A DNA stretch of 64,000 nucleotides from an uncultured Desulfosarcina sp. (GCA_963674945.2 CAXXWQ010000002.1:576001-640000), one strand, 5' to 3'. Positions 29,833 to 40,303 are shown, counted from the first letter of the stretch. A program made the numbers and translations. Notes: generated from the letters alone by a model not told the origin.

Positions 29833-31103
29833 GGGACGATTTTCTCCATATTTTCCATATAGGGCCTAAGCGCCTTCGGGATGATCACGCTGCCGTCTTC
29901 CTGTTGGTTGTTCTCCAACAGTGCCGCGAGGGTCCGGCCGACGGCCAGCCCGCTGCCGTTTAAGGTGTGGACCAGACGCGTGCCCTTTTTCCCCTTCTCC
30001 TTACACCGGATATTGGCGCGGCGGGCCTGGAAATCTTCGAAGTTGCTGCAAGAGGAGATCTCCCGGTACACTCCCTGGGACGGCATCCATACCTCGATGT
30101 CGTAGGTTTTTGCGGCGGAGAATCCCAGATCCCCCGTGCACAAGGTGATAATCCGATAGGGAAGTTCCAGGCGTCGAAGAACGGCCTGTGCATTGTCCAG
30201 AAGGGTTTCCAGCTCATCGTAGGATGTCTCCGGGCGGGTGAACTTGACCAGCTCCACCTTATTGAATTGGTGTTGCCGGATCAGGCCCCGGGTGTCCTTT
30301 CCATAGCTGCCGGCCTCGGACCGGAAACAAGGGGTATACGCCGTATATTTGATGGGCAGTTGGGATGCGTCCAGAATTTCCGCCTGGTAGATGTTGGTCA
30401 CGGGTACTTCCGCCGTGGGAATGAGAAAATAGTCCAGTCCTTCCAGTTTGAACAGGTCCTCTTCGAATTTGGGAAGCTGGCCCGTACCGGTCATGGTTTT
30501 TCGATTGACGATGAAAGGTGGCAACACCTCTGTGTATCCATGTTCACCGGTGTGCAGATCCAGCATGAAGTTGATCAGCGCACGTTCCAGCCGAGCTCCC
30601 AATCCCAGGTAGAGGGGAAACCGTGCACCGGCGATTTTGGCGGCACGGGCAAAATCCAGAATGCCCAGACGTTCGCCGATGGTCCAGTGGGGCAGGGGGG
30701 GGGCATCGAATGTTGTTGGCGTGCCGACGGTTTTCACCACGGGATTATCCGTTTCGTCCTTTCCCACCGGTACGGTCTCATGGGGAATGTTGGGCATGGC
30801 CATGACCATTTCATCGATTGCCGATTCGCTTTCCGTCAGGGATGTTTCCAAGTCCTTTATGGTCGTGGACACCTCCCGCATGTTCGCGATGATGGACGCT
30901 GCGTTTTCTCCGGCACGCTTCATTTCGGCCACCTGTTCGGATACACGGTTGCGTTTTTGCCGGAGCGCCTCTATCTCGGAAAGCAATTCCTTGCGCCTTG
31001 CATCCCGGGCTTGAAATGCTTCCCAATCAAAGGCCGTGCCACGGTTTTTCATGGCGGTTTTGACGAGTTCCAAATTTTCTCTGATGAGCTTGATTTCCAG
31101 CAT
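29829..31103 (-). CDS. serS: Seryl-tRNA synthetase
   Basis: [61 protein letters not shown]; start set at ATG 31103. Confidence 0.98.
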   Translation of the reverse strand: MLEIKLIRENLELVKTAMKNRGTAFDWEAFQARDARRKELLSEIEALRQKRNRVSEQVAEMKRAGENAASIIANMREVSTTIKDLETSLTESESAIDEMVMAMPNIPHETVPVGKDETDNPVVKTVGTPTTFDAPPLPHWTIGERLGILDFARAAKIAGARFPLYLGLGARLERALINFMLDLHTGEHGYTEVLPPFIVNRKTMTGTGQLPKFEEDLFKLEGLDYFLIPTAEVPVTNIYQAEILDASQLPIKYTAYTPCFRSEAGSYGKDTRGLIRQHQFNKVELVKFTRPETSYDELETLLDNAQAVLRRLELPYRIITLCTGDLGFSAAKTYDIEVWMPSQGVYREISSCSNFEDFQARRANIRCKEKGKKGTRLVHTLNGSGLAVGRTLAALLENNQQEDGSVIIPKALRPYMENMEKIVP

Positions 31104-31439
31104 AATTGTCCTTACTATTTCACTGTCGTGTGTATCGGGGCCATGCATCGGATTGCAGGCAGCGGTGAAAATTTTCGGAAGTGGTGGGCGGCGATACGGA
31201 TAATTGGCGGCCACCGAAGGCGAAACCAGCCAAAATTTATCCCAAGTGGCCCAATTAGTCAATGATTATTGCCGGTTGAACCGCGATAGAGAGACGGTCT
31301 CCCTGAAATTCCATCTTGGGACAAGACAATCGACACCCGAAATAAGACGATGCCGCCATTGAACGAAAGAGGATGCCAATCGTCGTAAGTGTGCGGGACA
31401 TTGCGGTAATATGGCAAAAACCGAAAGGTGGAAATGGCA

Positions 31440-32027
31440 ATGGATGAAGTGCGGGAAAAAAAGCAGGAAATCAGAAATGAAATGTCGACCTATGTTTGCT
31501 CACTTTCAAGTGAGGTCTGCCGGGAGAATACAGCAATCATCGAAAATCGGCTTTTTGAATTTGCCAACTTTCTCGAGTCCAAGATTGTCATGTTGTACGC
31601 GAATGCCGAGTGCGAAGTCGCAACCGACGCGATCATCAAACGGGCGTATGACTTTGGAAAAATCGTCGTGCTGCCCACCTTTGACGCCGCCAAGTTCACC
31701 ATGACGCCCATGAAGGTCGATAATCCGGAAAAGGACCTGGTTACCGGCGCGCGGGGGATACTGGAACCGGATCCGGCCAAATGCAAAACGGTTCCCTTTG
31801 ATTGCATCGATATCGCCATCATCCCCGGCATCGCCATGGATGAAAAGGGAGGGCGAATCGGCTCCGGAGAGGGCTTTTACGACCGTATGATCCCCAACTT
31901 GCCCATGACGACGCGAAAGGTGGGACTGGTGTTCGAAGGCCAGCTGGTCCCCCAGATACCCATGGAGTCCCATGATAAACACGTGGATATCATTATCACC
32001 GAAAAACGGGTGATCTATAAGATTTAA
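31440..32027 (+). CDS. 5-formyltetrahydrofolate cyclo-ligase
   Basis: KQEIR, GILEP, IPGIAMDEKGGRIGSGEGFYDR, ESHDKHVDIIITE; start uncertain (31428/31434/31440). Confidence 0.92.
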   Translation: MDEVREKKQEIRNEMSTYVCSLSSEVCRENTAIIENRLFEFANFLESKIVMLYANAECEVATDAIIKRAYDFGKIVVLPTFDAAKFTMTPMKVDNPEKDLVTGARGILEPDPAKCKTVPFDCIDIAIIPGIAMDEKGGRIGSGEGFYDRMIPNLPMTTRKVGLVFEGQLVPQIPMESHDKHVDIIITEKRVIYKI

Positions 32028-32055
32028 ACCGGTTTCTGCAAGATCATGAAACGCG

Positions 32056-32084
32056 AAGCGCCCTGTCTTGGGGCGCTTTTTTTT
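32056..32084 (+). terminator. Intrinsic terminator
   Basis: AAGCGCCC-loop-GGGCGCTT running into a T8 tract, about 30 nt after the stop. Confidence 0.85.
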
Positions 32085-32113
32085 GGTGTTGCCAAGCCGT
32101 GCATTCCAATGAA

Positions 32114-32344
32114 AAATTCCAAATCACTAAACAACAGAAGTCAGAATGGCGATGTTGTCGCTGCGCTCCATCGTTTTTTTTCACATCGGCTGAGCCGAAG
32201 GCGAACCCAAATTCTGGATTCTGGCCCCTGACGCCTGGATACTTTTTCTAATTTGTGATTTGGAATTTGTGTATTGGGATTTCTTCTTCAATGATGGAGC
32301 GAAGCGACAGCATCGCCATTCCGGCTCCTGACGCCTGGATTCTC
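32114..32344. repeat. Nested heptamer elements
   Basis: AAATTCC AAATCAC ... GTGATTT GGAATTT encloses a reverse-oriented empty element (GTCGCTGCGCTCC ... GAGCCGAAGGCGAA); an extra motif R plus right arm follows at 32296-32344. Confidence 0.82.
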
Positions 32345-32488
32345 TTCCCTCATGTCTCCGTGCCGTCATCCATCCACACCTATACTAGCTTGACCAGATT
32401 CTTCTTTATTGATAGACACTTGCTTGAACTTACGCTGGGCGTCTCAAAATAAAATTGAAACGCACAGTTCCCGTTGGAGAAGAGGTCG

Positions 32489-33133
32489 ATGAAATACCAG
32501 CGTCTGAGAAATCAAATGGTCACCAATCAGATCATCGCACGTGGGATCAACGATCCACACGTGCTGTCGGCCATGAGAACGGTACCGCGGCATCTGTTTG
32601 TCAGTGAGGCAATGATGGATCAAGCCTATGGGGATTTTCCCCTGCCCATCGGCGAACAGCAGACGATCTCCCAACCATACATCGTCGCGGAGATGACACA
32701 GGCGCTTCAGGTGACACCGGAAGATCGGGTATTGGAGATCGGCACCGGTTCCGGTTATCAGGCGGCGATCCTCGCCCAAATCGCCTTTCGGGTCTACACG
32801 GTCGAACGCATTTATTCGCTCTACGCCAGAAGCCGAAAATTGTTCGATCAGCTTCGTTACCACAACATCGTCACGCGCTATTCCGACGGCACCACCGGCT
32901 GGCAGGAACACAGTCCCTACGACGCCATTATCGTAACCGCAGGGGCACCCGAGATCCCTTCGGTTCTGGTAAACCAGTTGGCCATGGGCGGACGACTCGT
33001 GATTCCGGTGGGCGATCATCACAGCCAGGACCTGGTCAAGCTGTATCGTGACGAGAAGGGGATCCACCGGACCAATCTGGGGGGGTGCCGCTTCGTGAAG
33101 TTAATAGGCGAACATGGTTGGGATGCACCATAG
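32489..33133 (+). CDS. pcm: Protein-L-isoaspartate O-methyltransferase
   Basis: VPRHLFV, QTISQPYIVA, VLEIGTGSGYQAA, PYDAIIVTA, GGRLVIPVG; start set at ATG 32489. Confidence 0.96.
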   Translation: MKYQRLRNQMVTNQIIARGINDPHVLSAMRTVPRHLFVSEAMMDQAYGDFPLPIGEQQTISQPYIVAEMTQALQVTPEDRVLEIGTGSGYQAAILAQIAFRVYTVERIYSLYARSRKLFDQLRYHNIVTRYSDGTTGWQEHSPYDAIIVTAGAPEIPSVLVNQLAMGGRLVIPVGDHHSQDLVKLYRDEKGIHRTNLGGCRFVKLIGEHGWDAP

Positions 33134-33287
33134 TTGACGGCTTCGTAAAAAGTCCGATATCTGCGTTACGCTTCACCCCTCGTCACTGCGACGTATCATT
33201 AATACGCCTCATTCCTCGGGGTTCGCAAGCCTTGATCTCGAACTTTTTACGAAGCCGTCCGAAACCCGACTTCTTACGAGTTCATCA
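33134..33287. mobile_element. MITE-like palindromic element (second family)
   Basis: Perfect 18-bp inverted repeat GACGGCTTCGTAAAAAGT (33136-33153) / ACTTTTTACGAAGCCGTC (33242-33259), plus a second degenerate right end GACTTCTTACGAGTTCATCA. Confidence 0.75.
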
Positions 33288-33293
33288 TAGTTC

Positions 33294-33436
33294 GTGTCCA
33301 TCCAGAAATGGTAGATCATGGCGCAGGCCAAGGCCGCAGAGACGTTGAAACCGGAGGCGTAGCAGCGCTACGTTGAGGATTTCGACGGAGCGAGAACGCC
33401 GGCATGGGCCATGAGATGCCGTTTCTGGATGGACAC
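33294..33436. mobile_element. MITE-like element, copy 2
   Basis: Terminal inverted repeats GTGTCCATCCAGAAA / TTTCTGGATGGACAC; closely similar to 6670-6816. Confidence 0.78.
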
Positions 33437-33451
33437 TCGTTAGGACACGAT

Positions 33452-34030
33452 ATGAGGCGACTATACGACTGGGTCCTCCACTGGGCGGCCACTCCCTATG
33501 GCACTTGGGCACTCTTTCTTCTGGCATTCGCCGAATCTTCCTTTTTTCCCATACCGCCCGATGTGCTTTTAATCGCCATGTGTGTCGCCCGGCCCGAGCG
33601 ATCCTTTCGATTCGCCCTGGTTTGTTCCGTCGGATCGGTGCTGGGGGGATGCCTGGGGTATTTGATCGGCTGGCAGTTCATGGCATCGCTGGGGAGCCGG
33701 ATCGTCGATTTTTACGGATTGACCGAAAAGGTGACGTACATCGAGAACCTTTACAGCACCTACGACGCCTGGGCTGTGGGCATTGCCGGCTTCACCCCGA
33801 TTCCGTACAAGGTGTTCACGATCGCCGCCGGCATGTTCAAGATCGATTTCGCGGTGTTCGTTTTGGCCTCGGCGGCTTCCCGGTCGGCCCGTTTCTTTCT
33901 TGTGGGGGGGCTGATCCGGGTGTTCGGGCCGCAGATCCAACGCTTCATCGATCGCTATTTCGATATCCTTGCCGTCTCCTTCACCGTTTTGCTGGTCGGT
34001 GGTTTTGTCTTGTTCAAATACCTTTTTTAA
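33452..34030 (+). CDS. YqaA/DedA-like membrane protein
   Basis: MRRLYDWVL, FAESSFFPIPPD, GFTPIPYKVFTIAAG, SRSARFF; start ATG 33452 (the upstream in-frame part lies in the MITE). Confidence 0.92.
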   Translation: MRRLYDWVLHWAATPYGTWALFLLAFAESSFFPIPPDVLLIAMCVARPERSFRFALVCSVGSVLGGCLGYLIGWQFMASLGSRIVDFYGLTEKVTYIENLYSTYDAWAVGIAGFTPIPYKVFTIAAGMFKIDFAVFVLASAASRSARFFLVGGLIRVFGPQIQRFIDRYFDILAVSFTVLLVGGFVLFKYLF

Positions 34031-34102
34031 GGGGCAGAATATGGATCTGCGGAATCGAGGATCCAAGGGGGACAAGGGAACGATCCAAAAATATGCAGGA
34101 TT

Positions 34103-34348
34103 AGAATCCAGGAGTCAGAATTCAGAATACAGAAGTTGGCCCCGCCTTCGGCGCAGCCGAAAAGAATGTAACCACAGAGGACGCAAAAGAGCACAGAGAA
34201 AGAATCAAATTGCAGTTCTCTGTGGCCTCTGAATAAAGCATTACCTGAAAAGGTAGGCATCTTTACATTAGAAGGAGCGCAACGAAAAAATCGTCGTTCT
34301 GATTTCTGCTGTTCCGTAATTCGTTCCTTATTCAACGTTCGATGTTGA
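34103..34348 (+). repeat. Heptamer element with nested 9-mer element (degenerate right half)
   Basis: Five-heptamer left arm, CGCCTTCGGCGCA, ACCACAGAG GACGCAAAA GAGCACAGAG ... TTCTCTGTGG, GGAGCGCAACGA, then TTCAACG TTCGATG TTGA. Confidence 0.8.
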
Positions 34349-34424
34349 GAACGCCGGCCACAACATCATCGAGACCGCGTCTGCCTACTGGCAGGCCATC
34401 AACGAATATTCGGCACCACGATAG
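34347..34424 (+). pseudogene. Possible 3' remnant of an alpha/beta hydrolase gene
   Basis: Reads ENAGHNIIETASAYWQAINEYSAPR* with host-like codon usage and no start; AGHN resembles the catalytic His motif. Confidence 0.35.
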
Positions 34425-34486
34425 TCGAATTCATGTGGCCGCACGGGACTGACAGTCGTTTTGGCCAGGAAATTACATAGTTGGGG

Positions 34487-34515
34487 TTGCCATCCGGCGC
34501 AAAGTAACGTATAAA
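34487..34515 (+). promoter_or_regulatory. Candidate sigma70 promoter of the capsule locus
   Basis: TTGCCA-N17-TATAAA about 170 nt upstream of kdsB. Confidence 0.4.
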
Positions 34516-34681
34516 TAATCCGGCTGCGATAAAATCGTCAGCGTTTCCTTTTTCCATGCGAAAAGAGCGATCCTTCTAACAGTTTATCATATTCTTTTTG
34601 TGTCATTCGGTCCGAATGGTGATTTCGTCCGATGAACGACGCAAATCCGAAACGGCGTTGGATGAGGATTAGATTTATCAT

Positions 34682-35437
34682 ATGAAGATCGTTATTGTGA
34701 TTCCGGCGCGATATCAATCGTCTCGTTTTCCGGGGAAACCCCTTGCCAATATTTTAGGCAAACCCATGATTCAGCATGTCTACGAGAGATCCTGCCTGGC
34801 GACATGCGCGAGCCGGATCCTGGTCGCCACCGATGACCGCCGCATTGCCGATGTCGTCGAGGGATTTGGCGGAGAGGTCATGATGACAGACCCGGATCAT
34901 CCGTCGGGAACGGATCGGGTCGTCGAAGTGGCCAGGCGAATTCCGGCGGATATCTACGTCAACGTTCAGGGCGATGAGCCATTGATTCGACCGGCGGATA
35001 TCGATCGCCTGGCCCATGCCCTGGTCCATTGCGGCTCGGTTGATGTGGCGACCCTTTGCCACCCCATCTCCGTCAAGGAGGCCCTGGATCTCAATACCGT
35101 GAAACTGATCAAATCCCACAACGATAACGCCCTGTACTTCAGCCGCAATCCCATCCCCTATGTTTCGGAACAGACGAAAGTGGCAAACGTCTACTGGAAA
35201 CACATCGGCGTTTACGCCTATCGGTCAAAACTCCTGTCCCGTTACAACGAACTGCCCGAATCCGATCTGGAACAATGGGAGTGTCTGGAACAACTGCGAT
35301 TGCTCCAGGCGGACATCGCCATCAAGGCCGTACCCACCCATCCCACCGGCCCGGGTGTGGATACCCCCGCCTGTTTGAAGCGGGTGATCGAGATCATGGC
35401 CAGAGAACAAACGTATGGACCGACCCTGGCCAACTAA
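34682..35437 (+). CDS. kdsB: CMP-Kdo synthetase (KdsB/KpsU)
   Basis: IPARYQSSRFPGKPLA, VATDD, SGTDR, VNVQGDEP, ALYFSR, HIGVYAY, LEQLR, GVDTP. Confidence 0.95.
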   Translation: MKIVIVIPARYQSSRFPGKPLANILGKPMIQHVYERSCLATCASRILVATDDRRIADVVEGFGGEVMMTDPDHPSGTDRVVEVARRIPADIYVNVQGDEPLIRPADIDRLAHALVHCGSVDVATLCHPISVKEALDLNTVKLIKSHNDNALYFSRNPIPYVSEQTKVANVYWKHIGVYAYRSKLLSRYNELPESDLEQWECLEQLRLLQADIAIKAVPTHPTGPGVDTPACLKRVIEIMAREQTYGPTLAN

Positions 35438-36242
35438 AGTCTCGGGCAACCTTTCCCTTCGCCGCACCCCCTGGCAGATCCACCGCGCCGTGGTCTTCGC
35501 CCTGATCATGCGGGAGATGAAGACGCGTTTTGGTGCCAAGAAGTTCGGTTACTTCTGGGGGTTCCTGCAGCCCATGCTGTTCCTGCTCATTTTCTGGGTG
35601 ATGATTTCACTTGCCCTTCGGGGCTCAAGGAGCGGGACCGGCCTGGATTTTCGCATGTATCTGCTCACCGGGTTTCTTCCCTACGGCCTGTTTCGAACCA
35701 TCGTCAACAGCTCCATGAACGCCTATACTGCCAACCAGGGGCTGTTCAGTTACCGTCAGGTCAAACCCATCGACACCCTGGTCTCCCGGTGTATCGTGGA
35801 ATGTATCGTGAACCTGTTCGGTTTTGTTTTTTTGGGATTTGTCGCCATGGCCCTGGGATTCGGTTCACCCGTCCACGACATGCTCTTATTGATGTGGACA
35901 CTTTTTCTGCTGGTGTGGTTTTCTTTTTGTTTAGGGCTTTTTTTTTCCGTGATTGGAACCTTTTCGGAAACTTTTCCGAATGTCGTCAGCGTCCTCTTAA
36001 CCCCACTGTTCTGGCTCTCGGGGGTAATGATCCCAATTACCTCCCTTCCAGAAAAATATCAGAGTTGGCTGTTTTTTAATCCTCTATTACACTTCATGGA
36101 ACTGATACGTGTTGCCTATTTCGAGGGGTATTATAGTCCGTTGGCCAGTTATGGGTACATCACATGCTGGACAATCGGTTTTTCTTTTTTGGGGCTGTGG
36201 TTGTACACTCGTTTGAAAAACAGGATCATCTTGTCGCTATGA
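35415..36242 (+). CDS. kpsM: Capsule ABC transporter permease
   Basis: VFALIMREMKTRFG...GYFW, YRQVKPID, NPLLH; multiple TM segments. Confidence 0.93.
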   Translation: MDRPWPTKVSGNLSLRRTPWQIHRAVVFALIMREMKTRFGAKKFGYFWGFLQPMLFLLIFWVMISLALRGSRSGTGLDFRMYLLTGFLPYGLFRTIVNSSMNAYTANQGLFSYRQVKPIDTLVSRCIVECIVNLFGFVFLGFVAMALGFGSPVHDMLLLMWTLFLLVWFSFCLGLFFSVIGTFSETFPNVVSVLLTPLFWLSGVMIPITSLPEKYQSWLFFNPLLHFMELIRVAYFEGYYSPLASYGYITCWTIGFSFLGLWLYTRLKNRIILSL

Positions 36243-36895
36243 TTCGGCTGCAAAACGTAACCAAATACTTCGAGACCAAAGGGGACCGAAAATACATCCT
36301 CAAGGATGTGACCCTGACCATCCCCAGCAGGACAAATCTGGGTATTCTGGGGCTCAACGGAACCGGCAAGTCCACCCTGCTGCGCATGTTGGGCGGTATC
36401 GATTTTCCCAACCGGGGGCGCATCGAATCCGATATGAATTTTTCCTGGCCCCTGGCTTTGGGAAGCGGTTTTCAGGGCAGCCTTACGGGAAAGGAAAATG
36501 CCCAGTTCGTCTGCCGAATCTACGACCTGTCAGAGGCCGAGATAAAACAGACAATGGATTTCATCCTCGAATTCACCGAACTGGGGGACTACTTTCACAT
36601 GCCCGTGAAGACCTATTCGTCTGGTATGAAATCCCGACTCAATTTTGCCACGAGTCTTGCCTTTGATTTCGATTGCTATCTCATCGACGAGGTCCTCAGC
36701 GTGGGGGATCCGAAATTCCGGGAAAAGGCCAATGCGGCATTGAAAGATCTGATGCATCGCCGCAACTTCCTGCTGGTGAGCCATAGCTTGCCGGTACTCA
36801 GGGAGATGTGCGACAGCGGTATCGTCCTTTCCGACGGCCGGCTCTCCTATTTCGAGGATGTCAAAGAGGCCATTGGATACTATCAGTCACTATGA
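36239..36895 (+). CDS. kpsT: Capsule ABC transporter ATPase
   Basis: MIRLQNVTKYF, GLNGTGKST, YSSGMKSRL, YLIDE, VSH; start ATG 36239 overlaps the kpsM stop. Confidence 0.95.
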   Translation: MIRLQNVTKYFETKGDRKYILKDVTLTIPSRTNLGILGLNGTGKSTLLRMLGGIDFPNRGRIESDMNFSWPLALGSGFQGSLTGKENAQFVCRIYDLSEAEIKQTMDFILEFTELGDYFHMPVKTYSSGMKSRLNFATSLAFDFDCYLIDEVLSVGDPKFREKANAALKDLMHRRNFLLVSHSLPVLREMCDSGIVLSDGRLSYFEDVKEAIGYYQSL

Positions 36896-38046
36896 ATCGC
36901 ATTGAATTGGAATCAAAACCCATGGGTGGTATAAAGAAAGTCATCGGGCCCCGGATGTGGAAAATTGTCAAGGCCCACGGCATGAAGCTGATCGTAATGG
37001 CGGTGCCGTTGGCGGTTTTTCTTATCTATATCGCCTTTTTCGCCGTGGAGAAATACCGCTCCGAATCCATTTATGTCATCCGGGATCTGGCTACCCAACA
37101 GAGTCTGGGCGTGGACTTGAGTCTCTTCGGAGGGGGCAGTTCCAGCTCTCAGCTGGATTCAAAGATCGTCGTCAATTACCTGCAGTCCATGGATATCTTC
37201 AATCGTGTGGACCGGTGGTTCAACCTGACCGCCCGATACCGCAGCGAAAAGACCGATATCCTGGACCGGCTTATTTTCAATCCCACCGCAGAGGATTATC
37301 TGGATCTGTTTCGCAAGAACCTGAAGATCGTTTCCGATGAGGCCAGCGGCATCACCACCATCTCCTTCGACTGCTCCGACCCGGAACTGGCCCAATCCAT
37401 CCTTCGGTATCTGCTGACCGCCGGCGAAGCCTTTTTGAACCAGTTGAACCACAACACGGCGGAAAAGAAGATCGCCTTTCTCACCGAACAGCTGGCGGAC
37501 AACAAGGCCAAGTGGGACGATGCCGTGCAGGCGATGGAAGTATTTCAAAACAAGCACCGGCTGGTGGACCCGTCCGCATCCCTTTCCACCTACCACAACA
37601 TCATCGCCGGCATCGAGATGGAGATCGCCAAAAAAACCTCCGAATACAATCAGCTTCTGCGCTACATGTCTCCCGACACCATGGAGGCGAGCAAATTGAA
37701 AAATGAGATCGAGGAGCAAAAGGCCGCGCTGGACAAAATGAAAAACCGGTTGTCCGGTCCGGAAAAACAGCATCTCAACGATCTGATCTTCGAATACCAG
37801 CGGTTGCAGTCCGTTGTGGATTTTGCCAGCGAGGTTTACAAAAACACGCTGGTGCAGTACGAAATGAACAAGATGGAGGCATTGCAGGAGTCCAAGGTGT
37901 TCGAAGTGATCGCCGTTCCTTCGCTGCCGGACGGTCATGTGTATCCCAAACGCATCCGCATGACCCTAACGGCCATTGTCCTGATTTTCCTTTTTTATCG
38001 CGTCGTAATGTTAGTATGGATTGTTATTCGAGACCATAAGGATTGA
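36892..38046 (+). CDS. kpsE: Capsule export co-polymerase
   Basis: Two terminal TM segments, YRSES, YLQSMD, periplasmic coiled coil, PSLPD...YPKR; lies between kpsT and kpsD. Confidence 0.92.
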   Translation: MNRIELESKPMGGIKKVIGPRMWKIVKAHGMKLIVMAVPLAVFLIYIAFFAVEKYRSESIYVIRDLATQQSLGVDLSLFGGGSSSSQLDSKIVVNYLQSMDIFNRVDRWFNLTARYRSEKTDILDRLIFNPTAEDYLDLFRKNLKIVSDEASGITTISFDCSDPELAQSILRYLLTAGEAFLNQLNHNTAEKKIAFLTEQLADNKAKWDDAVQAMEVFQNKHRLVDPSASLSTYHNIIAGIEMEIAKKTSEYNQLLRYMSPDTMEASKLKNEIEEQKAALDKMKNRLSGPEKQHLNDLIFEYQRLQSVVDFASEVYKNTLVQYEMNKMEALQESKVFEVIAVPSLPDGHVYPKRIRMTLTAIVLIFLFYRVVMLVWIVIRDHKD

Positions 38047-38050
38047 GAGC

Positions 38051-39727
38051 ATGAAACGAACCGTTTTTGCCTGTTTCGCCGCCGCCGTACTTCTTTTTTC
38101 ATTAACACCGCCATCCATCTTCGCCGCCGATATCTCCATCGGGGATGCGGTCATCCCCGAGTCGGAACTGGCGGAGTCCGGCCTGACGGGGGGGGACACG
38201 CCATCCACACCGGAGAACAGGGCTGCCGAAACGGGTCGGGAATCCGTATTCGGTCAAAATCTATTTCAGGGCCAATTCAGCCAGAAGGCACAGCCCTACT
38301 TCAACCCTGCCTACAAGGTCGCCATCGGTGATGTCATCAATCTGAAAATTTGGGGTGCCTTCGAACTGGAGATCAATGCGCCGGTGGATTCCCAGGGAAA
38401 TATCTTCATCCCAAAACTGGGAACGGTGGCCGTTGCCGGCGTGGCCAACAAGGACCTGGTGCGCGTCATCACGGCAAAGGTCTCCCAGTCCTACAAACAG
38501 AAGATTAACGTCTATGCCAACGTTGCCAGTTATCAGCCGGTTTGGGTGTTCGTCACCGGAAACGTCCATAAACCGGGATTATACCAGGGTATGGCGTCGG
38601 ATTCCGTTTTGCAGTTCATCGACAAGGCGAGGGGAATCAATCTGAAATACGGAAGTTTTCGGAAAATTTCCATTGTCCGTGACAATAAGGTGATCCGAAG
38701 AATCGATCTGTACGGCTTTCTTACCGAAGGGAAATTGGAGCTGTTTCAGTTTCACGACGGCGATTCCATCGTCATCGGCGATCTTGCCTACCGCATCACC
38801 ACGACCGGGGACGTGCAACGTCCTTTCATGTTCGAATTCACCGCTTCCCAAGTTCCCCTGCGGGAAGTACTGGACCTGGCGATGCCCAATGTGACGGCGA
38901 ACAACCTTACATTGACCCGATGGACACCGGACAACAAAAGAGAACTCCATGCGTATTCCTTCTCCGAAATCGATCAGGTGATGGTGCAGTCCGGCGACCA
39001 GATCGAAGTCTACTCCGATCATACGGAGAATTCGAACAAGATCACCATTGTCGGAGAGCACAAGGGGCCCCACACCTTCGTCGTTCCCAAGAACTACACC
39101 CTTTCCGAACTGATGAACAAAGTCATCGTTACCGACCTGTCGGACGTCGAATCCATGCAGTTGTTCCGAAAAAGTGTCGCCGAGAGGCAAAAACAGCTTC
39201 TGGATGCAAAACTCGACGAACTGGAAAAACTGGTGTTGACCAGCTCGGCGGTGACCAAGGACGAAGCCCTGATGCGCAGCCAGGAAAGCAAATCGATTCT
39301 GACCTTCATCGACCGGGCCAGGCGGCTGGAACCCAAAGGGCGGGTCATTATTCACGACCGCCAGGGATTTTCCGATATCTTCTTGGAAGATGGCGACCAG
39401 CTGTACATTCCCCGGAAGAACAACATCGTTCAAATCCAAGGGGAAGTCTCCTTTCCGGGCGCCCATACCTATATTGCGAAAAGTACCGTCGGCGATTATA
39501 TCAAGCTGGCCGGTGATTTCGGGGAGCGGGCCGATAAGGACCGGGTTCTGTTGATTCGAAAAAACGGTACCGTGGTGAAATGCGATGGAGAGAATGAATT
39601 GGTCGAAAAAGGCGACTCGATTCTGGTATTTCCCAAGCTGGAAGGAAAAACCATTCAGCTGACCAGGGATCTTACCCAGATACTGTACCAGATGGCCATC
39701 ACGTTCGGTGTCTTTTTGTCGATATAG
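38051..39727 (+). CDS. kpsD: Capsule outer-membrane export protein
   Basis: Signal peptide, FGQNLFQGQF, NPAYKVAIGD, VDSQGNIFIP, SLBB repeats, TQILYQMA. Confidence 0.93.
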   Translation: MKRTVFACFAAAVLLFSLTPPSIFAADISIGDAVIPESELAESGLTGGDTPSTPENRAAETGRESVFGQNLFQGQFSQKAQPYFNPAYKVAIGDVINLKIWGAFELEINAPVDSQGNIFIPKLGTVAVAGVANKDLVRVITAKVSQSYKQKINVYANVASYQPVWVFVTGNVHKPGLYQGMASDSVLQFIDKARGINLKYGSFRKISIVRDNKVIRRIDLYGFLTEGKLELFQFHDGDSIVIGDLAYRITTTGDVQRPFMFEFTASQVPLREVLDLAMPNVTANNLTLTRWTPDNKRELHAYSFSEIDQVMVQSGDQIEVYSDHTENSNKITIVGEHKGPHTFVVPKNYTLSELMNKVIVTDLSDVESMQLFRKSVAERQKQLLDAKLDELEKLVLTSSAVTKDEALMRSQESKSILTFIDRARRLEPKGRVIIHDRQGFSDIFLEDGDQLYIPRKNNIVQIQGEVSFPGAHTYIAKSTVGDYIKLAGDFGERADKDRVLLIRKNGTVVKCDGENELVEKGDSILVFPKLEGKTIQLTRDLTQILYQMAITFGVFLSI

Positions 39728-39916
39728 CAATGCGTTCGGGCGAGATGATCGTAAGAAAAATGAGCTGAAAAAGAATCAAGACGTCAGGGAGGCAACACCT
39801 AACAAAATTCCAAATCACAAAATAGAAAGAGAATTCAGGAGTCAGAAGTCAGAATCCAGGAGTTGGATTCGCCTTCGGCTCAATCGCCAAACAAAGCTGT
39901 AAATTCAGAATGTTGG

Positions 39917-40048
39917 GTGGAATAACCACCGGCATAAAAATTTCAAGACTTGATTGTATGGCAAAAAACTCATCAATTTGTTCTGGTTGTGCATCGCTAT
40001 AGTGAATCATTCCCTAAACATGAGATTTATGGGCTGACCTCACAATTA
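39917..40048 (+). pseudogene. Four-helix-bundle gene, 5' fragment
   Basis: ...FQDLIVWQKTHQFVLVVHRYSESFPKHEIYGLTSQL, then joined directly to motif R; 5' end degenerate. Confidence 0.85.
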
Positions 40049-40226
40049 TGAAACGAAGCGACAACATAGCCATTCTGAATTCTGACTCCTGGATTCTGGC
40101 TTCTGTAATTTTGGAATTTGGATATTGGTATTTTTCTTCTTCGAATAGCTCTTTCTAATGTTCGACGTTCGATTTTCAGCGTTCATTTTGTGCTTGACGG
40201 TTGGACTTTGTCGAGCTTTTCATCCT

Positions 40227-40303
40227 TAAGCTCTAAGCTCTAAGCTCTAAGCTCTAAGCTCTAAGCTCTAAGCTCTAAGCTCTAAGCTCTAAGCTCTAAG
40301 CTC
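40227..40303. repeat. (TAAGCTC)11 tandem array
   Basis: 77 bp, 11 perfect units counted. Confidence 0.97.

Noticed and set aside
31104..31439. 6S RNA, often found upstream of 5-formyl-THF cyclo-ligase
   Set aside because: No long rod-like complementarity or 6S motifs recognised by eye; an Rfam search would be needed.
34425..34681. ops/JUMPstart antitermination element before the capsule genes
   Set aside because: No GGCGGTAG-type motif seen.
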